NCBI GenBank assembly: GCA_965216565.1
Contig: OZ244170.1
Location: forward strand, 1,472,001 to 1,536,000
Reading direction: 5' to 3'
Length of the DNA stretch: 64,000 nucleotides
Source of the DNA: Bythopirellula sp.
GTDB taxonomy: Bacteria; Planctomycetota; Planctomycetia; Pirellulales; Lacipirellulaceae
Shown: positions 39,319-50,206 of the stretch, piece after piece
Position numbering within the stretch: position 1 is the stretch's first letter
Layout: every line of letters starts with the position of its first letter
Position numbers and translations under genes: made by a program
Notes under the pieces: generated by a model
What the model saw: only the letters and a program-made list of their open reading frames with translations
What the model was told of the DNA's origin: nothing
The model's database searches: none

Positions 39319-39426
39319 ATGGGAGACAAAGGTAGCAAAGACAAAGGCAAGAAGGAACAACAGAAGAAGGCCCAGCTTAGTCCAAAGGAGAAACGAAAAC
39401 GGCAGAAAGACAAGAAGAACAAGTAG
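39319..39426 (+). CDS. 35-aa Lys-rich micropeptide MGDKGSKDKGKKEQQKKAQLSPKEKRKRQKDKKNK
   Basis: Below the ORF-track cutoff; AGGAG RBS before ATG 39319; TAG ends at 39426. Confidence 0.65.
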   Translation: MGDKGSKDKGKKEQQKKAQLSPKEKRKRQKDKKNK

Positions 39427-40292
39427 TGTTCGTCTGAGCCGACCACCGAATGCAAATTGCCGCAGGGTGGACTTTGTCCAAGCCTGTAGTAGAAACTCGC
39501 GGTCGGCGTTGCATGTGTGACTGCAAATAGCAACTGCTGTCAATTTCAACTATGGGTATCACACCACACATCCCAAAGAGCAACCTCCATGAGTATTCTA
39601 CTCACTTCGCCTTAGACTGAAGTTATCCGGTTGCTGTGTCTTGGCTGCACGAATAGAGAAGTCGGTGCAGTTCTTGGTATTGCCCCTTAAAGGTCGCAAT
39701 TCAAAAATCTGAATCAATGAAAGCTCTTCGTTTTCTGCATCTCTGCAAAACAAGTGAGCTGCAGCATAGACAAAAGCATCTGCAATTGAATTCATGTTTC
39801 AGCCCTGCAAAGTAGAATTGGGACTCCACTGTCCGAAAGTCGTGGGCTATCGCAAGTCTCCGATTCCAGCGTCGGCGATCCCCTCCTCATTTGGATGCGT
39901 TGCCGAAATCGACCATAGCTCCAATAGGTGGTGTCACTTTGAGGCGCGCGGATTCTCCGTAGATTTACCCGAGTCGAGAGGCAAAGATGGTGACATCGCA
40001 CTGACTCCGCTCATCCTGCACTGAGCTTGATTGAAACCCGCATTCACAGTGGATCCAGTTTGCTACCAAATCGCCGAGGTGGAGACGACCGAATGCAGTT
40101 ATCCCAAATTGGCTGACCGCTCTTCGTGCTTTCGATCGCCCCCACCTCAGCAGCGATGATCCTGCAAAAAAAACAGGCTGGACTTCCAGTACTGGAAGGA
40201 TCGATCGTAACCAAGTTCGTCCACTATTCAGGCGAGATTTTGCAGCAAACAATTTACTCGATTTTGCTTACTCACCGAAGGCTAACTGGTTG

Positions 40293-41552
40293 CTATCCGA
40301 CCTCTTTCATCACATCCACCGCCTTCTGCATATCCAGTTCGGCGTAGATTTCTGTTGTGTTGGCAGAGCCGTGGCCGTCTACTGCACGAGCCGCGTCGAT
40401 GCCAAATCTCTTACGAATCTCAGTCGATGCCGTGTGCCGAATGCGGTTGGGCGACCATTTTTCGACACCGGCTCGTACGCTTGCCCGGTGGATCGCCCGC
40501 CGATAGCTTCCAGTGGTGTACTTGTCACCAGCACGAAGCTTAGGCAATGGCTTGCGGTTGGTGCCAGGCCTGTTACCAGCATTCAGTGGCGTCTTGCGAT
40601 TCGCAGCCACCTTGGCACGTCGACGCATCTCAGAAACCGCTGGTGAGAAACAGCATACTTCTGGCTGCGTTGTCTCCAGGTATGGCTTCAGTATTTCCTG
40701 CGCACGAGGACCTATGGCAATGATACGATCCTTCTCAAAGTGTTCAGTCTTGTGCTCGGCCGGCGTGTAAATCCAAATCTCTCCTGTTGTATCGACGTCT
40801 GATGGAGACAGACTGCATATCTCACCAGGACGTGCACTGGTGAGCCGTTGCAAACGCACCATATCGGCAACCACTTCTGGCAGGCAAACGATTGTTGCGT
40901 CGACGACCTTGTCGCAGACAGGCTTGACTCGCTCCGTTTCTCTTGCCCGGGTGCGTCCCTTCTTGAGCCCTGGTAGTGTTTTCAATGAAGCAGGCACCTT
41001 AGGATCTAACACCTCTTGGGAAGCTCCCCAGGTAAACATGCCGCGGATACGGTTGACCTGTTTGTTGATGTATTTGCGAGACCAGTCGAGTTCGTCGATC
41101 ATGGGATCACGGAGCTTGCCTAGGCTTACGGGACCAAAGTCATTGATGAAAGTCAGGCCGTAATGCTTTCTAAGTAGCCGCAGCGCATCATCAATGGCCC
41201 CGGCTTCACGAGTAACTTCGCCGTTTTTCTGATAGTACGCGTGGGTGTGGCGTCGGTAGACCAGAATCAGCTCGGAGAGGGTGATCGGAGCCCGTGCTCG
41301 TCGCTTGGCTTGCAAGCTTTCTACGATGACGCTTTCGGCCAAACTCGAAGATGGCTCGCTGTTGTGGCAAGCAACGTTTCGCTGCTCATGCCGCGCGGTT
41401 TCCCACTGCTTGAGCAGCTCTTGGTACCGTTCGTGACTCTGCTGCGATCCGTAGGGACCGAGGTAGATTTTCGAGCCGAGAAAAGAGACGACTGCTTGAT
41501 TGGTCGATTTGTGCCTGCGATATTGCGGCGGGCGATGAAATAGGCGTGGCAT
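40293..41552 (-). CDS. Tyrosine recombinase/integrase
   Basis: Catalytic set ARPGE, EHKT, NRIRH, GH, EIY; N-terminal YLGPYGS arm; start refined to ATG 41552. Confidence 0.9.
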   Translation of the reverse strand: MPRLFHRPPQYRRHKSTNQAVVSFLGSKIYLGPYGSQQSHERYQELLKQWETARHEQRNVACHNSEPSSSLAESVIVESLQAKRRARAPITLSELILVYRRHTHAYYQKNGEVTREAGAIDDALRLLRKHYGLTFINDFGPVSLGKLRDPMIDELDWSRKYINKQVNRIRGMFTWGASQEVLDPKVPASLKTLPGLKKGRTRARETERVKPVCDKVVDATIVCLPEVVADMVRLQRLTSARPGEICSLSPSDVDTTGEIWIYTPAEHKTEHFEKDRIIAIGPRAQEILKPYLETTQPEVCCFSPAVSEMRRRAKVAANRKTPLNAGNRPGTNRKPLPKLRAGDKYTTGSYRRAIHRASVRAGVEKWSPNRIRHTASTEIRKRFGIDAARAVDGHGSANTTEIYAELDMQKAVDVMKEVG

Positions 41553-41700
41553 TGAGGACTCCCTGCGGGCTGAGAGGGAGTCAAAGGAGGAAGTTTTTGA
41601 AGACTTCCCCCTTAGCATTCCCCCTTTGGCTTCGGCAGAGAGCCGCACCGGCCGAAATGGCCGGGTAGCTAACCCTATACGGGTCAAAGAGTTATGAAAG

Positions 41701-41774
<74 letters not shown>

Positions 41775-42248
41775 TTAGTAGCCCCATATTCTAGTACCCA
41801 ATCCAGGGCCTTGGCAAGTGGGCTTTATCGATCCATTTGGTGATCTGGTTTGGGTATTCACCGGGAACTGTCTCCATCGACCCAATCATCATCAAACTTT
41901 AGAACCATTTTCAGATCTGGGACAAGCCGTGGACTAGTATTGGGTGCAAATAGCTCGACCTTTACATCCGATATAAGATTCTTCGCCAAGTCAGTCATTC
42001 CAGTGCCCTCTGAACCATTGCAAAAGCCGATATTTTCAGTAGTCAATTTGATTTACGGGTGCATGGAAGTTCGGCAGAGGTTAACGATTACTTGCTGGAC
42101 TAGTTCCCCAGGGATAGACTTCACTAGGCGCCTCCGGTGACATTCATGGTTGTCTCTGCATCGGGGATCATGAATTTTTGGGAGGCCCCTCGATTTAGCG
42201 TCGACGTTACGACTGGTGATAGCGTAACGAGGAACGGAGAGCTCAAGT

Positions 42249-43805
42249 ATGCCTGGTTCGGATTCCCCGCTGATTATCGGCGAAGGCCTGGGGGAATTGC
42301 GCACTGCTCCGGTTGGCAACTTAGGTAGCCCGGAGATCTCCGATAGTACGGCTCAAAGTGAGGCATCTAAGAATGTCCCGAATGGTAATTTCGGTAAACA
42401 GAACTCCCTTCCTCCGCTCATTGGCATAAACGATTTGGTGGATGAAGCTCCGCCTTGGCTGATCAGCGCGGGAGTCCATCTTGCATTATTAATTATCCTA
42501 GGCCTTTTGATATTTACGCCTAAGCTGCAAGACGAGCTTACTCTCCGGTTTGGTAGCGAAGCGGCTGAGGATGCACTCACTGGCGACGATTTTGAAATGC
42601 CGCTTGAGATTGAAGAAATGAGCTTGGATGCGGCACTTGCTCCGCAACAAGTTCCAGAGATTGAAGAGGCTGTCAAACTCGATCCCACGTTACTTGCTGG
42701 GCCGTTGGTTTCCGAGGAGATCTCCACGGATGTCGATCCGATCCGGATGGCGCTAACGGGTAGAGAAAAAGGGATGCGCGAGTCCCTGTTGGAGGCCTAT
42801 GGTGGCACGCGAGGGACTCAAAAAGCGGTAATGGAGGGATTGAAGTGGCTCCAGCGAAGACAGGGATCGGATGGCATGTGGAGCCTAACTGGTCCTTACC
42901 CAAACGGAGCCTCCACAGAGAACAAAGAGGCTGCAACCGGACTGGCGTTGATCGCTTTTCAGGGCGCTGGGTACACGCCTGAGGGAGATAGCAAGGGTCC
43001 TTTTACGCGGACGGTTGCGCGAGGCTGGACATCACTGCTCGCTAGTCAAGCCGACAATGGGAACTTCTTTCAGGATGGTCGTGGAACGGGGAGGCTATAT
43101 ACTCACGCAATTTGCACGATTGCGATTTGTGAACTCTATGGAATGACGCGCGAGTCGAAGTATCGAGATGCGGCTCAACGCGCGATAAACTATTGCGTGA
43201 AAACACAAGCTCCCGAAGGGGGCTGGCGGTACACGCCCAATAGAGATAACGATCTGTCCGTGACTGGCTGGTTCGTGATTGCCCTGCAGAGTGCACGCAT
43301 GGCAGGGCTAGACGTGCCTTCAACTACTTTGAGTGGTATACGAGATTACCTCGATATCGTCAGCCGAAATGGCGGCAGCGAGTATGCCTACAGTCATCGC
43401 CATGGGCCTACGTTGAGCATGACGAGCGAAGGACTATTGAGTAGACAATACCTTGGCTGGCGTCACGAAGATCTGCGCCTCCAGCGTGGTGCTGATCTGC
43501 TAATCGAAAACTTGCCTTCTTGGGAAGAGGGCGACCGCGACTGCTATTATTGGTACTACGCAACTCAAGTGTGCCATCATATGGAGAGCCATCATTGGCG
43601 GGTATGGAACGAGCGAATGCGAGAAGTAATCCCAAGCAATCAAATTCTTGAAGGGCGTGAACGCGGTAGCTGGGATCCACGAGGCGATCGCTGGGCCACC
43701 AGCGGAGGTCGCCTCTTCGGCACTTGTTTGTCTATTTATATGCTCGAGGTCTATTACCGGCACTTACCTATCTACCAGCTTGATTTGCTCAGCGGCGGGA
43801 ACTAG
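42249..43805 (+). CDS. Membrane-anchored prenyltransferase/squalene-cyclase repeat protein
   Basis: PWLISAGVH TM helix; QW-like repeats (WLQRRQGSDGMW, QAPEGGWRY); LEVYYRHLP. Confidence 0.8.
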   Translation: MPGSDSPLIIGEGLGELRTAPVGNLGSPEISDSTAQSEASKNVPNGNFGKQNSLPPLIGINDLVDEAPPWLISAGVHLALLIILGLLIFTPKLQDELTLRFGSEAAEDALTGDDFEMPLEIEEMSLDAALAPQQVPEIEEAVKLDPTLLAGPLVSEEISTDVDPIRMALTGREKGMRESLLEAYGGTRGTQKAVMEGLKWLQRRQGSDGMWSLTGPYPNGASTENKEAATGLALIAFQGAGYTPEGDSKGPFTRTVARGWTSLLASQADNGNFFQDGRGTGRLYTHAICTIAICELYGMTRESKYRDAAQRAINYCVKTQAPEGGWRYTPNRDNDLSVTGWFVIALQSARMAGLDVPSTTLSGIRDYLDIVSRNGGSEYAYSHRHGPTLSMTSEGLLSRQYLGWRHEDLRLQRGADLLIENLPSWEEGDRDCYYWYYATQVCHHMESHHWRVWNERMREVIPSNQILEGRERGSWDPRGDRWATSGGRLFGTCLSIYMLEVYYRHLPIYQLDLLSGGN

Positions 43806-43960
43806 GGCGTACTTCGTTCGACCCCAGCCACCCACATTAGGACCCCGCCCCGCATAGTAAACTAGTACCCAAATTAGCCCATCTGGACGAGGATAAACTG
43901 GCGGTGTAAACTGTCGCGTTCAACCGCATGGGGCCGCCATGGTCTGATTGCGGCGACAAC

Positions 43961-44034
43961 GCACCCGTAGCTCAACTGGATAGAGTACCGGTCTACGAAA
44001 CCGGTGGTTGCTGGTTCGAATCCAGCCGGGTGTA
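43961..44034 (+). tRNA. tRNA-Arg(ACG)
   Basis: GCACCCG...CCGGT-CT-ACG-AA-ACCGG...GGTTCGAATCC...CGGGTGT-A. Confidence 0.95.
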
Positions 44035-44133
44035 TTTGACTCAGTTCAATTGCACTTGCAAATCACACGGTAAAGCAAGTTGAACTCTTCAAGTGGGCAG
44101 GCGATGCAACCCACGAGGACTAGAATCTTCCTG

Positions 44134-45549
44134 CTAACCTAGCCGCATGCTTCGCGAGGCGGACAACAAAAGCAGCGTGACGAACATGACGCAGCTTGAA
44201 GGCTCAGGTACTGCACGCACGGAAACAAGAGCTGCTGGATTACTAGCTTGAACTTGCCAGGCGAGAAAATCCAGGCCATCGCTATCGCCGTCCGCTTCCA
44301 TATCCGCGCGGCCATCAATACTGTAGGCAGCCTCCCATAACGCTAGGTCTGCAGATCCTACAATGCCGTCTAAGTTGAAATCCGCAGAAGGCCCAGCCGG
44401 TAGAAATTCGACGTTCCCGTTTTTGAACACTCCGTCCTCCTGATAGACGAACTGCAAATTCTGCGGTGCATTGGGATCGTAGACTGCTCCCAAATCTAAC
44501 CACTCGCCAGGCAACAGTGACGACGAACCAGTAAGCCAGCCTTCGGCTAGGCCGTCTGAGTTGGCCGTGCCAAGCTGTTCCCAGCCATTGCCCGTGCCAA
44601 TGCCAGAAGGAAAGCCTAGGCGCTGCTGCGATTCCAGCATTTGCCAACCCGTATCGTTCAGGGCTGCGGCGTTAGAGGTTATCTCATAGTAGCTCAAGCT
44701 GATTGGATCGTTCCCAAGATTGCGAACTGCTCCCTTCCCGGTACCAGGATCAACTTGTAATACAAGATTCTGAACAATTGTCGCCAAGTCGCTAATTTCG
44801 GTATCAGTCAAGGCGTCGTCGTAAATCCGAAAGTCATCGATGAGACCAATGTAGTCGCCGGCTGGCGAAAATACCGGTGACCGACCGACGTTTAACGTCG
44901 TATTGGTACCGCCTCCCGTGTTGATTCCTGTGCCGGCGGGATTGCCTCCCGTCGGAATGCCGGTCAGTGGTTGGCCATCTAAAAACATCTCTACATCCAG
45001 ATAGTCATTCGCATTGTTTGGAACCCGGATTGCCAAATGATGAAATCCAGCATCGGCTCCCACAAAGTCGAACCCGCTACCCCAGGTGACATTTCCACCG
45101 CTATACCTCAGGCGAATGCCTCCTCCCTCGAGCGAAACGTCAAACGATCTACCGAAAGCGCCTGTGCCGTAGCCGAACATTTTATTTTCCACGCCTACCG
45201 CTTCTTGATTGAACCAAAAGGCGATCGTACGGGCATCAGATCCATTCGGCGCTGTATTTTGAGAAGCTGAGACATTGATGTACGAAGCCCCGTCGTCGTT
45301 GGGAAGCCGGATTGCTTCGCCCAAAACACCAGATATTCCGGTGCCGACCGCGCCAACGATATTTCCACTTAACACTCCATTGGCCAAGTTCTCATAGCTT
45401 GAGCCAGTACGATCAGCGTCATCGAACGTGTAATGCAAAACCAAACTAGCATTGGCAGCGCTCGCAGTGCAGATGGTCCAAAGTAGCAGAGCCGCAGAGT
45501 ATTTAGCTGTAAGTCTCACGCCACACCTCGCTTTCCGCGCGGCGAGCAT
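44134..45549 (-). CDS. LamG-like domain protein with DxDG repeats and PEP-CTERM
   Basis: LHYTFD, RTIAFW, HHLA, IDDFRIYDDAL; ADFNLDG; VPEPSS + TM + basic tail. Confidence 0.8.
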   Translation of the reverse strand: MLAARKARCGVRLTAKYSAALLLWTICTASAANASLVLHYTFDDADRTGSSYENLANGVLSGNIVGAVGTGISGVLGEAIRLPNDDGASYINVSASQNTAPNGSDARTIAFWFNQEAVGVENKMFGYGTGAFGRSFDVSLEGGGIRLRYSGGNVTWGSGFDFVGADAGFHHLAIRVPNNANDYLDVEMFLDGQPLTGIPTGGNPAGTGINTGGGTNTTLNVGRSPVFSPAGDYIGLIDDFRIYDDALTDTEISDLATIVQNLVLQVDPGTGKGAVRNLGNDPISLSYYEITSNAAALNDTGWQMLESQQRLGFPSGIGTGNGWEQLGTANSDGLAEGWLTGSSSLLPGEWLDLGAVYDPNAPQNLQFVYQEDGVFKNGNVEFLPAGPSADFNLDGIVGSADLALWEAAYSIDGRADMEADGDSDGLDFLAWQVQASNPAALVSVRAVPEPSSCVMFVTLLLLSASRSMRLG

Positions 45550-47462
45550 GCCAAGAGGCTGATCGACATCATCACCAAGAGGACTAGCGATTCAGACTCG
45601 GGAACCTGATTGAGCAATGCCTCGAAGGAGCCGCTACCATGCGCCAGCTCGTAGGCAGTCTTGAAGCCTGCGAAGTCGAAACGGTCGACATGTCCATCCA
45701 AATTAAAATCCCCCAGTCCGTAGGCGTCTGCCGCCGTGAGGCTGGATAAATCGTCGAAGAATGAGTTCTTTAACTGCGTCCAGTCCGCGGCATCGATTAT
45801 GCCGCTCATATTGAAATCGCCTTGGTCACCTACCCAAAGTACCGGAGGCAGATCGGTAGCGAGCCCTGTCGCTTTGACGATCGGCATCGAAGGACTCACT
45901 TCGACGAAGTAGCTGTGCAAGGCAGCACTCAGCTCAAAGGCTTTAAGATCATTGATGCCTAGTAGATCCATCGTCTCGCCGATGTCGTTCGACAAATCAT
46001 AAAGTTCGTAAGTCCCTGTCTCGTATTGATAGACCATCTTGAACTGATTATCGCGAATCGCACTCACGTAAGCTCCGCCTTCGAACGTAATCGCTTGCTC
46101 AGCCCCACGCTGATCTTGATTGCTGCGATGAGGCATGTGCCAATATTGGTAGCCTCGATCGACAGTGCCGCCTTCCAGGGCAGCAGCGAAGCTGACACCA
46201 TCGATGTTGTCGTTCATCGGTACTGATGGGTTGCTGTCCAGGCCGGTCAATTCCAAGATAGTGGGCAAAAAGTCGTCACTGGAGACGCGGGAGTTAGAGA
46301 CCGTCCCTTGGGTGATGTTCGCATTGCCAGTCCAACTGGTAATCATTGGTGTTCGTATGCCGCCTTCGTAGACGCTGCCTTTTCCTTCACGCAGAGGCCC
46401 ATTCGCCGTCGGCACGGGATCACCGAGCTCGCCGACGGTCAGGCCACCGTTGTCAGCGGCAAAAATGATGATCGTGTTATCGCGAATACTGTCGGAGTTG
46501 TTTCCATCCCCATCCGGATCATCGAGCCGAGTTAGCACGCGGCCCAAGGCCTTATCCATTTCCTCGACCATCGCCGCGTACGTGGCATTCTCATGTCCCT
46601 TCAAATCGACACCTTGCCCTTGGAGAGTGGCAATTCTGGTGGCGTACTTGCTCGTCACGTCGGCTGGGGCATCGAGCGGCACGTGAACCTGATAGGGAGC
46701 AAAGTGCAGAAAGAAGGGGGTAGAAGTTGCTGCTCGCTGTTCGATGTAATCTTCAGCGAAGTCACCGAGGACGTCGGTTAAATAAGCGTCTGCCGGGTAA
46801 CCAGAAGTGATGCCCGGCATGCCAGACCAGCCACCATCGGAACCGGCAAAGAACCCGTCAGAAACGGGACTGCAGGGACAACCCGCGCCGCCCCCGGCGA
46901 TATTGTAGTCGTATCCGTGCGACGTTGGTCCCGCACCCGCATGCCACTTGCCGATGAAGCCTGTGTGATAATTGCCTGCGGATGAGCCGAGCGACTCGGC
47001 CAGGGTCGTTTCGCTAAGCGGTGTTGCGGAGGTGGAGAGTGGCGACTTGAGAGTGGCACTAGTATTGCCAGAACCTCCATTGCCGCCAGCCAAATAAGTA
47101 AAGTTTGTGCGGGCTGTCGTCTTTCCTGTGATGAGTGACGCACGTGTTGAGGAACAGACCGGAGAGGAGGAGTAGGCTTGTTCAAAAACTACCCCCGATT
47201 GAGCGAGGCTTAACAGGTTCGGCGTCTTAAATACCACGCTTCCCTCGGGATTTAGCGTGGCATCGTATTCCCAATCGGTCCAGCCCATGTCGTCGGTGAA
47301 AAAAAGCACCACATTCGGGCTGCTGCCAAAACAGGCTCCAGTACTCAACAGGCTACTGCACAGAATCACACAGACGCTTATCCAGCGAAGGTCCATCGAA
47401 CAGGTCCGCTGCGAAGACATTTCGCAAATCGGTTGCTTTGCACTACTCACACAGAGACTCAC
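45516..47462 (-). CDS. Arylsulfatase-family sulfatase with PEP-CTERM-like anchor
   Basis: DDMG, CSSTR, GKWH, DNGG, EGGIR; VPESES + TM + basic tail. Confidence 0.9.
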   Translation of the reverse strand: MSLCVSSAKQPICEMSSQRTCSMDLRWISVCVILCSSLLSTGACFGSSPNVVLFFTDDMGWTDWEYDATLNPEGSVVFKTPNLLSLAQSGVVFEQAYSSSPVCSSTRASLITGKTTARTNFTYLAGGNGGSGNTSATLKSPLSTSATPLSETTLAESLGSSAGNYHTGFIGKWHAGAGPTSHGYDYNIAGGGAGCPCSPVSDGFFAGSDGGWSGMPGITSGYPADAYLTDVLGDFAEDYIEQRAATSTPFFLHFAPYQVHVPLDAPADVTSKYATRIATLQGQGVDLKGHENATYAAMVEEMDKALGRVLTRLDDPDGDGNNSDSIRDNTIIIFAADNGGLTVGELGDPVPTANGPLREGKGSVYEGGIRTPMITSWTGNANITQGTVSNSRVSSDDFLPTILELTGLDSNPSVPMNDNIDGVSFAAALEGGTVDRGYQYWHMPHRSNQDQRGAEQAITFEGGAYVSAIRDNQFKMVYQYETGTYELYDLSNDIGETMDLLGINDLKAFELSAALHSYFVEVSPSMPIVKATGLATDLPPVLWVGDQGDFNMSGIIDAADWTQLKNSFFDDLSSLTAADAYGLGDFNLDGHVDRFDFAGFKTAYELAHGSGSFEALLNQVPESESLVLLVMMSISLLACSPRGKRGVA

Positions 47463-47506
47463 CGACTGCTCCCTACAAGTTATCTGTTGGCTACAGGTCT
47501 ATTCAG

Positions 47507-48979
47507 CTACGGGCGTCTTCTTGAACCCAGCGCGACCAGCCCAAGAACTCCCAAGATCGTAGCCGTCGATGGTTCTGGTATTAAAACGTTAATCTCCATT
47601 GCATTGAGATACCCGAAGGTGCCTTCGACGACTGTCATATCTACAAAGATTTGGCCAAATGAATCTGGACGAATTCCTGCAACAGTGATTATCTCATCGT
47701 CGTTTCCATCATAGATACCGTCGGCCCCGATATTGGGACCAGAAGTCTGGAGTGTTTCCGCCTTGCTATTGGCACCGGTCACTAAATATTCCGTTGACCG
47801 TCTAGTCGTTGTGTTGCGTGACCCAAAAAAGCGGAAGTTATAGGTAGAATTTGGATCGAATCCATTTAGCATAAACCCGCCAGGTCGATCGTCGTTTCCA
47901 CCTCCCGGCTGATTGTCAGCACTACTAAAGAAGTAGTCTTGTGTGGCTGAATCAATGGCTAAATCACCGAGTAGATTTGCATCCGGCATCCGCAAACCTC
48001 CCTGAGGCTTGCCATTCGTAGCGAATCCCCCAGTTATCGTCAGATCGATTCCGGTCGATTGACCGGTGTCGTCGACCAGGTTCGCAAGGTGCTCGCCCGC
48101 GTTCACCGCAACGTTTCCTTCGGCCTGATGCCAGTTATTCCAAATATTGCCGTTGCTATCGGGTCCGAGCGTGTGGGTGCCGTCTTGAGGATTACTCGGA
48201 CCAAAGTCAAAGAGTATCCGAGTTCCAGCTAGAGGCGTAGCGGTGTTTGCTACAAATACTTTGTTCGGAGCGATGACTGATTCAATCTGAGGTCGAATGA
48301 TCGACGACCAAAAATCATAGCCTTGTCGGTTCAGATGAATACTGTCAACGAACAAGGAGGTGAATGCTGGGTCGTTGTATGGATTAAGTGTACCGAAAGC
48401 GGCCGGTAGATCGATGAAATGCAGCTTTGCATTATTCGGGTCAGCGGCCATGCTAGCGATGGCATTATTGGCGATGGTCTCGTTTGGTTGATTGGATTGC
48501 CGACCGGGAGTCGGCATGATGCCTAGATAGAATATCTCGACATCAGGTTGCGCTGCGTGAACTGCATTCACAAAGTTCTCGTAGTCGGCAAGCACTTCAG
48601 CTCCTGATTCTCCTGAGTTGATATCGTTCGTGCCTTCCCACACCACGATCGCTGAGGGAGAGTAAGGTAAAACGATATCGTTCACGAATCCATTGAGCTG
48701 TTCGAACTGAGAACCACCAAAGCCCCGTTGGATAACCTTATAGTCGGCGAAGTCGAGAGCCAGTTGTTCCCATCGGCGAATACTCGAACTGCCCGTGAAG
48801 AGGATTGATCCGCAAGACGGATGATCGAGGGCATCTTGGGCGACCCAGCGATTGATGTCTGCTTGAAAAGCTTGTGAATAGGCTACTGGCTCTAAGCAGA
48901 GGATGAATAAGCATAGCGGGAGCCAAAAGCGACACCTTCTAGGTAAGCTGCTAAATAGGCTACTCGACGCGAAACTCAT
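47507..48979 (-). CDS. SGNH/GDSL hydrolase with PEP-CTERM
   Basis: FTGSSS, RGFGGS, GTND, DSIH; IPEPST + TM + RRR. Confidence 0.85.
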   Translation of the reverse strand: MSFASSSLFSSLPRRCRFWLPLCLFILCLEPVAYSQAFQADINRWVAQDALDHPSCGSILFTGSSSIRRWEQLALDFADYKVIQRGFGGSQFEQLNGFVNDIVLPYSPSAIVVWEGTNDINSGESGAEVLADYENFVNAVHAAQPDVEIFYLGIMPTPGRQSNQPNETIANNAIASMAADPNNAKLHFIDLPAAFGTLNPYNDPAFTSLFVDSIHLNRQGYDFWSSIIRPQIESVIAPNKVFVANTATPLAGTRILFDFGPSNPQDGTHTLGPDSNGNIWNNWHQAEGNVAVNAGEHLANLVDDTGQSTGIDLTITGGFATNGKPQGGLRMPDANLLGDLAIDSATQDYFFSSADNQPGGGNDDRPGGFMLNGFDPNSTYNFRFFGSRNTTTRRSTEYLVTGANSKAETLQTSGPNIGADGIYDGNDDEIITVAGIRPDSFGQIFVDMTVVEGTFGYLNAMEINVLIPEPSTATILGVLGLVALGSRRRP

Positions 48980-49144
48980 GGTGTCACTCTCTTGAAATTA
49001 AAGTCCATTTTGTGCATTGAGGCGTAAGGTGTCGCCGAGCAGTCGACCCCGCAACTAGTTTCAGAGCTGATGCAGTCTGCATCTAAGGCTGAGCGAGGTC
49101 GTCCACAAACTGTCGCTCTCTGACATTTCGCGGTTCGCAGACTA

Positions 49145-50188
49145 CTACTTCTTAGCAAGTCGTGCTGCGAGATTTGAGCGGTGTTCTTCGATATTGTCTT
49201 TGCTCACCACTTTGCACGGCAGATAAACGTAACCTGTTCCGCCGAGTGGTACAGAATGTTCGTTGCGATCATGAAGCGTTCGCATCAAGCGGACCGACTC
49301 AAAACCATACTCGTACGTTCCCTGTACTACCGTGGCAAAGATCTGACCGTTGGCAACGCCATCCAGAGTTGCCTCATGTTCGTCAAACGCGACGAGAGTT
49401 ACATCTTCCAGCTTCTCCAGTTCCTTCAGAACTGTGAGACAAGCAGGGATGTTGTAGCCATAGAGGCCAACCATGCAATCGACTTTTGGATGATCCTCCA
49501 AAGCTTGGCGGACGTTCGCCTCGGCCTGTTTGGGATCTTGTCCATCCAGATAAGTCTCAACAACGGTAATATTCGATCCGCTATAAGGCCTTTCAAGCGG
49601 ATAGTCGCTGGCGTCATCCATGAGTTCGCCTTGAACAATTGCGTCGTGAAACCCTCGCAACCGATCCGTCGCATTTTGGCGTTCGACATCACCAATAAAA
49701 ACAATCACATTTCCGCCATCGGGCAGCGCTTCTCGAACTACGTTCCCGCACATCTTGCCGGCGGTGTAGTTGTTGGTTCCTACATAGCAGTGACGTAGTG
49801 ACTGAGGAGCGTCGTTATCGAATGTGATCAGGTGTGTCTTTGTCGCGAGACGACTCAGCAGAAGCGTTTGGTCAATAGGAGCAATCGGGCTGATTGCTAC
49901 ACCGCTCGAACCCTTGGCTTCCACTCGACCCAAGACTTCCGTTTGATCGACAGGCTTGCCTGAGGGAACATGCACTTTTAGATTGATATCAAATTCCTCT
50001 GCCGCGGCCTCCGCTCCAGCGATGACTTGATTCCAAAATAAATCGGGTCCGCCCACAATAAAATCAAAGCGAGGTTGGCTGGTGGAAGACGTTCCATTCG
50101 GACTATCGGCTTGCATATAGCCGCGTCCAACAAATCCGATCGCCACGCCCACAGCCAAGAGCAATACTGTACGGACGACGTTATTCAT
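49145..50188 (-). CDS. Periplasmic sugar-binding protein (RbsB-like)
   Basis: FWNQV, ITFDND, YVGTNNY, VAFD, VVQ. Confidence 0.85.
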   Translation of the reverse strand: MNNVVRTVLLLAVGVAIGFVGRGYMQADSPNGTSSTSQPRFDFIVGGPDLFWNQVIAGAEAAAEEFDINLKVHVPSGKPVDQTEVLGRVEAKGSSGVAISPIAPIDQTLLLSRLATKTHLITFDNDAPQSLRHCYVGTNNYTAGKMCGNVVREALPDGGNVIVFIGDVERQNATDRLRGFHDAIVQGELMDDASDYPLERPYSGSNITVVETYLDGQDPKQAEANVRQALEDHPKVDCMVGLYGYNIPACLTVLKELEKLEDVTLVAFDEHEATLDGVANGQIFATVVQGTYEYGFESVRLMRTLHDRNEHSVPLGGTGYVYLPCKVVSKDNIEEHRSNLAARLAKK

Positions 50189-50206
50189 AGCGTTCTCTCA
50201 CTTTGT

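Noticed and set aside
39598..40290. Short ORFs downstream of the integrase
   Set aside because: No recognisable motifs; probably decayed sequence.
42249..43805. Squalene-hopene cyclase call
   Set aside because: Only one repeat barrel after a TM linker and no DxDD motif (DNDLS instead).
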